Assembly (NCBI GenBank): GCA_050273025.1
Contig: CP158636.1
Location: 6,882,001-6,946,000, forward strand
Reading direction: 5' to 3'
DNA: 64,000 nucleotides
DNA from: Cenococcum geophilum
Taxonomy: Eukaryota
This document shows, piece by piece, positions 45,988 to 58,200 of the stretch; position 1 is the first letter of the stretch, and every line of letters begins with the position of its first letter. A model generated the notes under the pieces. It saw only the letters and a program-made list of their open reading frames with translations, ran no database searches and was not told where the DNA came from. Position numbers and translations under genes: made by a program.

Positions 45988-48900
45988 TATAGGACTAGCA
46001 GAGAAGGGTGTAGCGGTTATAGACAATGGTGTAGTTAAGGTAGATTATCTAGGTAGGTTTACTTATTAAAATTATACACGCGTATAAATCTCCCAGTTGG
46101 TTATAAGCGGTAATAGCGTTATAAAATAATTCTTAAATAAATAAATGATGAATATATAATGAATATTAATAAGTTTAGCGATATTAAAAGCGAATTAGCC
46201 ACGTAGTGACTGCGTTTAATATTCGCGAATATTACAGGAGGTCTTAGTATTGTGCGTTACTGAGGTAGATGCTGCTAAGCAATATATAGACGCTAGCATA
46301 TTATTAATTAAGTTAATAAAGTAAGAACTGTTACCATTATTAATAATTATAGGAGGTAGTAGTGGTACTTTGTAAGTTATAGGTTCGCCTTTTAAGGGTT
46401 ATAGTAAGTTTATATAAAATATCGGATGTATTTTTATTTTAGTTAGTAGTTTAAGCTTATAAGCGTATGGGCTTAGTTTCTTCTTAATTTAGTATAGGCC
46501 CGCAAACTTCTAGTCTAGTTTCTTTAAGGGTTATTAAGTCTTTAGGTTTTATATATTTAGGTAAACTATATTACCTTCCTTAAAGTCCTATACGGGAGCT
46601 TATTCTTTATTTATATGCCATTTTTATACCGTTTAAGCGTACGCTAATTTACTTTATAATAGTTCCGTTAACTGCTTTATTTAATTAGCGAAGTTATATA
46701 CGTTAATTAGTTAAATTCTCTTAATTATTAGTCCTGTTATATTAATTTTGGGTTATAGTTTAAATATAAGTTAAGGGTCTTATCTATAGGTTATATAGAA
46801 CAGCGTTATACTTATTAATTCGTTTCTTATATTATTTATAGTAAACTTGGCTAACGGTAGCTACTTTTCCTAGTTGTTTTGTAGGTAGGAGTAGTATATT
46901 TATAAGTATTATTCTATAATCGCGTTTGCGATTTTAGTTTAACTATCTATCTCCGGATAAAATGTAGTTAAGAGTTATATTTATATACTTAATTGTTTAT
47001 ATAGGGCTTACTAGAAGTCTAAAACGAACTAGCTTTCGCGGTTAGATATTATTAAATTAGGAAGTCTATATAGCTTAAAGACGTGCTTAATAAAACATTT
47101 GGTTACTAATATTATATTAATTAAGTCCATAGGAATTATATATTGTATTTTTATAAGGCGGTTAATAACTACTATAATATTTGTAAATCTATTACTATTA
47201 GGTAGGTTAACTATAAAGTTAATTAAGATATCTTGCTATCTGTTGGGAATATAGGCAAGTTGCCGTTACGTGTCGCCGCGGCACTAGCGTGGCGAGGAGC
47301 CTTAAGCTCCTCGCCCTTCCTTAAGCAGGAATAATAAAAAATAATAATTATTATTATACTATCTACAAACCGTAGCTATGTAATATTACCTTATATAACT
47401 AACACTAATTAGTAGTTAACTTTACCGTTATACTATAGAATAGCTAGGTATTCCACTAAGAAAAGACAAGCCACTATACTAGTGCTACTTATGCTAGAGG
47501 AAGCTATCTTTTAAGGTTAGAACTAGTCCTAAACCTTAAATAAAACTCTTCTATAAATCTAAGGACCTAAAGGCTAGAACTAGTCCTAAGCCTTTTTAAA
47601 ATTACGGATTCTTACGTCTATTACGTAGAATAACACACTTTATAAGTCTTTACAATTTAAGGCTAAAACTAGTCTTAAGCCCTATAATTACAAATATACG
47701 TTACAAACGCGTACTAAACAATAATCCCTATACTAATAACACTTCCCTTCCTCCGAAAACATGGCTACGCCTACCTTAAACGACTAAAAAGACTCCTTAC
47801 CACTAGGGGTAGCTTTATACGCGAAACTTATTAATAAAAATTGGGACGAATTTACCTTTAATATAATAACTTATACCGTAAAATAAGTTAATAGCTTTTT
47901 TTTATACTATATTATATTCTACTAAAATAAACACTACGCCAATTTATAGCTGTAGGAATATTTTAGGGAGGATTTTATAGGATAGACCGCTAATACCTAG
48001 GCACTTAGCAATGTTAATATTGTTTAGGATTTTTAAGACTTCCTCTATAGGAATAGAGTATATATTATTAAGAATGGTAACCCAATTACTAGTAATATTT
48101 AGGCCGTTATTATTAGTATAGAAAAACTAGTATAGATAAAAGCTAAAATTATACGTTAACTATGGAAACCTAGAACTAACCTATATTCTTTAAAAGGCAA
48201 CTTTAATTTAAAACAAAACCCCTAAAACGCTACCCTCCCACCTAAAGGTGCTCTCCTATCTAGAGGTGCTCTTCTACCTAGAGGTACTCTTCCTCTACCT
48301 CCGTTACCTTTAGCTCCTTTACTTTAGCTAACCAGTAAGCCTTTATTATAAGAAGTTACGAATTTAATAAAGGTATATTTAGATAAAGAGAAGAAGTTTA
48401 GGGGAGAATTGTATAATATGCTTAGAGTAAAACTATAGGTCTTCTATAACTATTGTAATAAGGTTAAAATTTAATACTACTAGTACTACTATACTTTCTT
48501 TATTATATTAAAGGGACGGGCAGTAATATTTTATTACGACTATATTACGGGTAGAAATTATAGCTTTAATATAATGCTTTAGCTTACTAGAGCCTACTTT
48601 AAGATTAATAAGAATTACTAGCTTTATATATCTAAATAGCGGGAAATTATATTCTAAAGAGTTATTACTTCTAACTTAATAAAGACTCGTTTAGAGTGCC
48701 TTTAACTACTCTTTAATAAACTTTAGAAAATCTAATATAGCCTTACTAAAATTTACTAAAATAAGAATAGTCTAAGGGATTAGGTTATCTTAGCCTGCTA
48801 TAGCGTTCCTAAGTGTAATTTAGCGCTATATAAACCTATAAATATATTTAAAGGAGTATATGCTAAGCTACGCTTTGCTATGGGTACTATAATATAAATA

Positions 48901-51900
48901 TAAGAATTTTAATAGTTTTATACTAAAAACCCTACCTAACTAAGTATTCCTAATTAATATAATTATAACTAGACTGACTAAATATATAGTGGCCATAGTA
49001 GGGAATATAGAAGAGGGTATAATTAACGTTAACTATAAGGTAATTATAGAGGTCCTTATAAAGGTTTATTTTAAAGTAATTATTAAAAAAAGTGCTACGT
49101 TTGTAAGAAGCCAAATTACTAGTTAACTAGACACTCCCTTAATAAGCGAAAGGAGGTATATAACAAGTTCTATTAAAGTATAAAAAATGTTAAAAATTAT
49201 AAGGTTACTATAGCCTACTTTTAAAGCTTTCTGGTCTAATATAAAGGCGTAAAAGATCTTAAGGGTAAGGCTAATAAAACTAAATAGCTCCTTATAGATA
49301 TGGAAATTAAGAACTACTCTTCTAACCAATACTTTACTAAGTATAGTAAGGTAAATAGTATATAAACCATTACTATTCTTAATAACTAATCTACGCTCTA
49401 TTCTATTATAAAGTTAGATGTCTTTAATAAGCTAAAGGAGAGCTCCGCGTTCTCCTTTAGTAATAGATACTTGGTAAACGTCTTTTATAGTATTATGCTA
49501 GATACTAGAGCTGCAGGAGTATCTATAGTAGGAAAACCTTAAGTTTAAGCCCTTTAATAGCTTAATAGCTCTATTTAGATTAACTATTTAATAGCAGGCT
49601 AATATACGATTTATTTTAGTAAAGGTACTACAACCTTTCTTGGCACAATTAGGGTCTAAACCCCCTTAGGGTATATTACCTTCTATATTATTCCTACAAA
49701 TACTTCATTTCTATTTTGCATTAAAGATATAAATTAATTAGGCGTTAGACTTAATAACCTTAAGAATATACTTATTTAGGGGGATAATTAGGTACCCGTT
49801 ATATATAAGTAGGGTTACCCCTAGTTGCTTCTTTATTAACTAGAAAAAAGTATTACTTAAAGCCACTTAACTAAGTTGGAATTACGCTAACTATACCGTT
49901 ATTTTAGCTACCTATCTATTTATTAATTACTTAGGGTTCTTTAGCGAATAGGCTATAAAGTTAAGGTTAAGGCAATTAAGCATTTTATAAAGTACTGCTA
50001 TTACTACTAAATAAACTAGAAGTCCCCTAGCTAATTTAAGTTTACCCTTAAAAATAACTACGACTTTAACTTCTATATTATTATTAACGTTATATATCTT
50101 AGCGGCAAGCTAGTGCTCTAAGTTATTAACTTCTTAACCTCCTTCTAAGCCGCGCGTTTTTTAAAAGATATATTAGCTAGAAATATATAGGATACCCTTT
50201 AATTATACTAGATTAATGTCTATTTAGGACCTCCTAATTAAATTATCTATAATATAGGAAAGAACTTCTTATTTATAGAGTTCCGATAATAGATAAAGGT
50301 AATAGTAATTAAGGTTAAAGAAGTCCCCGTTAAGGCATATAATAGTATTAAAAAAGTAGAATAATATTATACGCTATTACGCCATATATATAAGATTATC
50401 TCTTTAAAATTAAAGGATGCTAGTAAAGAACTTATATTACAAATAGCTATTAAAGCTATTAACAATTCCGCTAGCCCAGATGGACTTATACCTATATTAC
50501 TAGTCTTTAGCGCCTACCCTTAAATAACTAATAATTTTCTATTATTTCCCTCTATTATATAATAAGTTAAGGCTATTTATAAGGCAATAAAGGAGGTACG
50601 ACGTCTCTATACTATACGCTAGGTTAATAACGTACTAGGAATAAGAAATAGCCTAAATACCTTAATTACGCTTAATCTACTACTCTAGTCTAAAGTACGT
50701 ATATAGCGTAAAAAGGGAGGATAGTTAGGCCTATATTAACTTATCGTAATTAATAGTTAAACTTATACTATTTAGATGCCTTATAAACCCACCTAATTCC
50801 ATTTAAATATTATTAAGCCTTATTATAAAGATAATAAATCTAAGCCTTTATAGGATGCCTTAGAAGATACCCTAGAGGAGAACTACGATTAACGTGCTCT
50901 AGAAGGCGACTATAATCCTAAGACAATTATAGTAAATACGCCACAACTATAACGCGGTAGAGGTCGCCTAAAGGGATTATAAAATCGCTAATATCTTATT
51001 AATTTTAAAGAACAATTTATTACCGCCATTAAGAATAGAGTTAAGTTATTAATGGCCTTTATAATAGCTAAAGAGAAGGCTAACTTTAAGCTCGTAAAAT
51101 AGCTTTAAAAGGAAGGTTATATTATAACTTTAGGAGCTCCTTTCTAAGCGTCTAATAAGTAGAAGATTAACGGTCTTATTATAAGAGGAGTCTTTAAATT
51201 TAAGAAGTATAACCCTACTAAGTTTAATAAAGTTTATATCTTTAAGTTAAGGATAGTTAATAAGATTAAGGGTAAGGCTATTAACGCCCTATTTAAGAAA
51301 TTAAGGCTTATTATCTAAGGTTATAACGATAATAATAAGGAAATAATTCTTATATAATCCCCTATAATTTAATAAGCTAATTAATAAGTTATTATTATAT
51401 TAGCTCCCTCTTTAATAAAGAATAAAATAGCGGTCTATTTATAAGATATTACTTAGGCCTACACCTAATTAGAGTCGCACTTTTAGCGCTTAATATTAGC
51501 GCACCTTTTAGAGTAAATTCGCTACTAATATCCCAAGGATATAATTATGGTTATGCTTAAGCCATTATACAGAATTATAGAGGTATAAACTTACTAGTGG
51601 GCTACCTATAGTAAGCACTACAAAGAGAAGCTTTTAATAACTATATCTATATTTAATCCCTACTTCCTTATTATAACTATAGGAACTCCATTCGGAATTA
51701 TTGGTATATAAACTAATAATATAATTATCTTAGGAGACGACTAATTTTTAGCTCTTAAAGAAGATAAGCTAGTAAAGGCAAATTTTATAGCCAAGCTAAA
51801 AGAAAAGCTTAATTTAATAACACTATTACTCTTTAATAGATATATCCTCTCCCTAAATAAGGATTCCATTACTTTGCGCTAAAAGGGTTAAGGTAAGAAG

Positions 51901-52274
51901 ATTAACGTTATTAACGTTAATTCTCTAAAGTAAGGATATGTAAAGTAACGTGCTTATAAAGCTTATATTACTTTTATCTATTAACCTAAGGCTTTATTTA
52001 ATCTCTTTATTACGGCTTAATACTAGGAACTAACTAAGGATAATATCCTTGCCCTAAATAAGCGTCTTTCCTAGCAAATAAACTATCTTAATTAGGGACT
52101 ACTCTACGTGCCTATTAATCTTCCCACCGTTAAGCTCTTTATATTTATTAATAGATTATTTATAAATAATAAAGATTTTAGCTCTTAGTTAGGATATAAG
52201 ATTATTATTATAAACAAATTTACTAGAGAGAATGACTTTATAATCTATAGCAATCTTATCTATTAGAGCTTAAC

Positions 52275-55200
52275 TATAAGGGGATCTTATAGATAGGGGG
52301 CTATAAGGACACAATTAGAATAGGATAGATTAGTAAGAGAGACGAATCCTTAAGGAGGTAAGGCCTCTAGAATTGTAGAGACTATATACTATAGGCACGT
52401 GCCTCTGGTATATAACCGGCGACTATTTAAGGGGCGTCTAGGGGTTATCCTAAGGGCAACTTAAGGTGTCCGCAATAATATCCCTTATATTACCCCCCCC
52501 CCCCCTTCTTACGGTCGGCCCCTAATCGCCATTACCTTACGGTAGGGAGATTATAAGGGCTTGTCCCAGAAGAGGTTCGGAGAGATATTAAAAAGGTATT
52601 AGTATGCCGCTGTATATTATTTATCTATCTAACCCCTGCTTTAAACTCCTAAAAAACCTTAATAAGGAAAAAACATAACTAGAGAAAAGATATAAGGATT
52701 ACTAGGAGACCTATTGGAAGCCTACTAGAAGTATACTGGTAACTACCCAGGCTAATATAGGGATTTTTATACAACTCTGCTTTTAAGCCTTTATACCGGT
52801 CTATAATTAATTATAAGTATTATAGGCAATTTAGTGTTCTAGTATAGTTCTATAGAACCTTTTAGTATAGGATTTAATATATAGAGCCTTAGCTTGCTGT
52901 CGTCTTTAACTGCTAAGATATAGTCTATAATCCTTTCTTATAATCCTTTTCTTATAATCCCCTGCGTTACTAACGCATTACTCCTATATTTACCCTTAGG
53001 CTATTAAATGCGGTTAAGGTATTAATTAGTTAGTTAAAGAAACTTATCTCTTAAGATTTAGTGTATATGGTTTTAAATCTAGTAGTCCTATGCCGTATAT
53101 TTAGCGTAGCTCTACTGCTTAGCAAATAGGGACATTTCGCGATAGCAATTATAGCTATTATGCAATTGTTAAGAACGTCTATAACGTTGTTCTTTAATAC
53201 TATAGTATCGTTTTAGGTCTAATTTAACCCATATACGTCTTTAATTTAACGTCTTAATTGCCTTCCCCTAGCCGCGTAGTCAGTTTTTATAAGGAAGTAA
53301 TAGTTAAATAACTTATACGCGTGTTTCCTTCCTTTTAAATAGCGCTATTGTAACGGAGTTATATTGGTAAGGTTACGGCTATTTACTAAAAGGGTATTAG
53401 ACGGTGAAGTATAAGGATACCTTTGCTTATTAAGCTGCTTCTTTTCCTTAACACCTTACTTTCTCATTATTAACCTTTGTCTAATTTTGGACATATCTTT
53501 AATATATTATTAAGATTTTCTTCTTTTCCATTAATAATTTAATATGCCTCTTCGTTCTCCTACTAACTGCTCTTTTAAGTAGATTCTATAGCGTATCCTA
53601 GCCCTACCTTTATATATAGAACCCTAACCTCCACTAACTTATAACTGGTGCTAGTCCTGCCTAAATAATTTTACTTATACGTCTTTAAAAGACCAGAAAT
53701 CTAATAATAGGATTTTAGAGGCTTGTAATAAGACGCACTATATTAAATCTAATACCTTTAGTCCTTATAATTAATGCATGCGTATTAAGAGCGGCAGTTG
53801 TATTAAGGTAAGCTTTTCTATTCTTAATAGATTTCCATTACTAACTTTAAGCTTTAATAGCCTAGGCCTAAGTGGCGACGTTCCTTTAATGTCCTTAACT
53901 ACTATATTACCCAGGCTCTTTCTTATTTTAGCATAAATGCTAAACAACTTAGCCGAATTTAAGACTATGCCACAGCTATCTATACTGCCTATAATTCCTA
54001 GTAAGCCAGCTAGTAACGCCTAATATAAGAGTAAGGTTGGTATACTAAGGATAGGGTAAGGGATGGGGGTAATAAGAAGAAGGTTGCTGTTTACTATAAG
54101 AAAAAGTTCGCGTATACGCGTTAAGTTTTAAAAGAGTATAATATAATACGGTATTAGGTAGGTTACCCTTCGGGTACCTAGCAGATAGGTAACTAATAGT
54201 TACTATAGTAAGGTCTTAGTAGTTCTGGACTATACTAGCTAGCTAATATCTCTATTTATTCTAGGCTTAAGCGTATCTTTATTAACTATAAGCTTACGCC
54301 GTAAGAGCTTTATTGGTATTGGTTTAGACCTAATATTAGTGTTAAGCGTTTAAGAGTCTTTGCTCTAGCTATACCTTATTATCCTACCCCTATTTTTATA
54401 CCTACTTATACGCCTACTAAGGCATCTAGATCCTATTCTTGTTAGCTATTACTTAGTAGCCTAATAGATACTAATCCTACTCCTAATAATAATAAGGCGT
54501 AGTGGCTTTCCAGATTGGGCATTTATGGTTTAAACTTTTAGGATTTGTTCTTATATATAGTAGTAATTAAAGACCTTAATTAGGTACTCGGGAAGGCCTT
54601 ATAAGGCTTTTAAAAAGGGCTTAGAAGCCCTAGGAATAATATTCCTAGTATAGATTAATAAATAGGAATATAATTCTAGCAAAATGCCCTATTAACTCTA
54701 TACTATATATGTAAAAAGGCTAAGGACCTATCCTGCCTTAGGCTATAGCCCTATCCCTATAGTTTCCGGAGCCTATCTGTTCCATATCCAATTTAACCTA
54801 TTTACTCTTTTCGCGAGCTTTCTTTATAGGTCGCGATAACACCGTAGTATTAGAGCGCTTTCTATAACTTATAGATTATGGACCTTAGTCCCAATATTCT
54901 TTTAGAATATCTTTGTAATAATTAAGGTAATCCTCTGGTTCCTATATAGAGTTCTTAATAGGCTAGCCTAGCTATTTAACTTTAAATTAAAGCTTGTTCT
55001 TAACAGACTTATAGCGTAGTATAGCTTTAACCTCGTACCGCTCGCCTACTACTTTAGGGTGTTTAATTGGGCCTAGACGGAAGTTCTTTTCCGGTAGTAG
55101 TCTATGCTATAGCTCTAGTAGGTTTACGTAAAATACTAAATATATATAGGCCATAAATGGGGGTAGCTGGAGATAATAGGCTAGCTTGCCAATTTGTTCC

Positions 55201-58200
55201 TTAACTTAAAAGGGACCTAGGTATCTTATATTAATCTTCTTTAATAGTTAACGGGTCTTAATATTTGTTAAATATAATAGAACCTTATCGCCTACTCCGA
55301 AATGCTTATCCTAGTGCTTACAGTTATACTAAAGTCTTTACTACTCTTAGGCATCTTATAAGCTCTACTTCGCATACTTCTATTACTCCTCCCATTCTTA
55401 GAGGTATCCTTATACTCTCTAATAGATGTCCTTAGACTTCCCGGTAGGATCCTATAACTAATTATACGGCCTTAGCCAGTGATTGTTAGGTATACTATTA
55501 AACCCAAATAGTTAGACGCTATAGGCAATCTAGATTGGTGCATACTTATGCGATACGTATTGCTTTAAATTATAAGCGTACTCCGCGTATAGAAGTAGCT
55601 CGCACTAGTTATTTTACTAATAGTTTAAATATATCCGTAGGTAAGACTCCAGTTCCTAGTTCTAGCGTTCTGTTTGCCCATCCGTCTGCGGGTAGAAAGT
55701 AGTACTATAACGGTAATCTATCTTTAAATGGAAGTATAGATCTGACTAGTACTAACTTATAAAGACGCTGCCCCTATTAGTAATAATAGAGTGCGGCTAA
55801 TCTACTTTAAGAAAGCATTTCTTCTTAATTAGGTTAGTAAGCTCTTATACGTTAATCGTCTTATTAACAGAAAGGTATTAGACGTACTTTAAAACCCTAT
55901 TAATAAGTACGAGGACCGAATTATATGTTCGTCTTTAGCCATCTTTAGATAGCGGAAGATCCGTAATAAAGTCTATAGCGTAATATTGCTATAGCTTACT
56001 AGCAGGGGGAACTAATTTAAGTAGACCCTATAGCTTATACCTGTAGATCTTATATACTTAACACTTCTTATAATAGCTAATGTACTCCTTTGCTTTCTAA
56101 TTAAGCCTTAGCCAATAGTATTTACGTTAAAGTAATTCCACTGTCTTTACTTAACCATAGTGGCCGGCTAGAGGATTATTGTAATTTTTTATAAGAATCT
56201 TCTATTATAGATTTGCTTCTTATAGCACCCAAACCTTGCTACCTTTACGTAGTAGGCCTATTAGGTCTAGTTCCTAATAGTGGCGCCTAGCAGCTTCCTT
56301 TCCGTCACGTTTCCGGTCTACTTTTATATTAAGGATGGCATAGGAAGCGTCCCTCCGTTGCACCTTATAGATGAGATCCGTTAACCTTTTAGATAGTTTT
56401 TAGGTAAAAGCTATTTCGTCCTATACTGCTCTAAGTATAAGACTAGATAGTACTATAGATCTTATAACTCTTTAATGCGCGTACGTTAGGAAGGCCGCTA
56501 TAAGGTTAAAGTCCTTTAGTTATTATAGGGCTCTAAGTTCTAATTGCTCTATAGCTTTGCTATTAGTTTAAGGGAATAGCTTAGCAATTAGGGGTAGTAT
56601 ATTACTAGGTTCTAAGAATGTATTAGGGACGTCCTATCTAGGTATATTTGGACCCTTATTAGTAACGGACCGGGTACTAGCTAAAACGTTAGTGGAAACC
56701 AATAAAGCTTATACTGCCTAAGACTTAATGCATAAAGCTATAGGTGCTTAAGCATCCTATACCTAGAGCTCATTCTATAATATAGGGAGTAAGATATCTA
56801 TTATCTGTTTTCCTTCTCCTATTTTAAAGCCTTTAGTATAGTCTAGCTGTCGTAACAGTCTATTAGTAGGGTTGTTTTCCCCTAGCTTATATTTAATCTT
56901 AAAATTAAATTATATAAGCTCCTCTGCTTATCTGGCTTATTAAGGTATAAGCTTCTTTATAGTTATAAAGTAGCGTAAATTATAGTGATCTGAGAGTATA
57001 CGAGTGGTATAGCTCGCGTGCTTAAGGTAGTGTCGCCACTATTTAAAGCAGTTAACTACAGCCAGCAGTTCCTTATCGTGGGTATAATACCTAACTTTAG
57101 GTCTCTAAAATTTTCTTCTATAAAATGCTATTAGTCTTTAATGGAGCTAGGTAGCGTCTAAATGCCTATTAAGTTATAATAGGATACTAGTAAGGACAAA
57201 ATTTAATGCATTAGTAATTATTATTAATAGCTAATTTAGGTCGAAATGTCGTAATAATAGAGCTTCTATAAACTTTACGCGAAGTTTTTAAAAGGCCTTC
57301 TAAACCTTTCCGGGCTATAACTATAGCTTATACTATTTAGTTAGTCCCTTTTTAGTTTTCTTCCTTACCACCTTTAAGCTTTTAACTCCTTAGGTTAGGT
57401 CTTAGAAAGCTTCCGCAATATAGTTAAATAAGTATTAGGTAACGTCTAAGTAGTTATAAATAAAGCGCCTATAGAAATTAGCAAAGCCTAGGAATACTTA
57501 GATATCCTAGTAGCTCTCTAGCTCCGGTTACTCTTAGATTATCTACACCTGTGCTAGGTCTATAACTACACCTATAGGCGTTATAATGTAACCCAGGAAC
57601 TTGACCTGCTTAGTATTAAAGACATACTTTAACGCCTTAGCGTAGAGGCCCTAATTATCTAAATGTTCCAGCACTTCGCGGATATATTACTTGTGTTAAT
57701 CCTTATCTTCTAAGTAGATTAAGATGTTATCTAAATAAATAACGTATATGCGGTTAACTAGTCCCCCTAAGGCTCTATAAATATATAATTGGAATATTAT
57801 AAGCGTATTGGCTAGCCTAAAAGGCATTACCAGATACTTAAAGTGGCCGTATTGGGTCTTAAAAGCGGTCTTCTATTTATTCCCTTCTTTAATACGGAGC
57901 CTATAGTAGGCGTCTTATAGATTTAGCTTTATAAAGATCTTCGCCCTAAATAGTCGATCTAGCATTTTACTAACTAGTAGTAGTGGGTAACGGTTTTTAA
58001 TTATAATCTTATTAAGACTATAATAGTCTATGTATAGCCTTATAGTTCTATTTAGTTTTAAGATAAAGAGGATCGGTGCGCCTACTGGCGACTTATTAGG
58101 CCGGATCTACCCCCTTTTTAGTAACCCGTTAAGGTACTCCTATAAGATCTTAAGCTCTTTATATAAGAGGTTATAAATAGGAAGGTTTGGTAGTTATTTA

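Larger units (their letters stand above)
39963..46295 (-). mobile_element. Tyrosine-recombinase retrotransposon (DIRS order, Ngaro-like organisation gag / RT-RH / YR, no methyltransferase domain seen)
   Basis: Interrupts the Gypsy E chromodomain with only ATG(C) shared at both junctions; three recognisable coding regions. Confidence 0.9.

Noticed and set aside
2898..49329. All eight ORFs in the supplied track
   Set aside because: They are 60-97 aa, mostly antisense to TE coding relics or within LTR/leader sequence, with no recognisable motif; chance ORFs in RIPed DNA.
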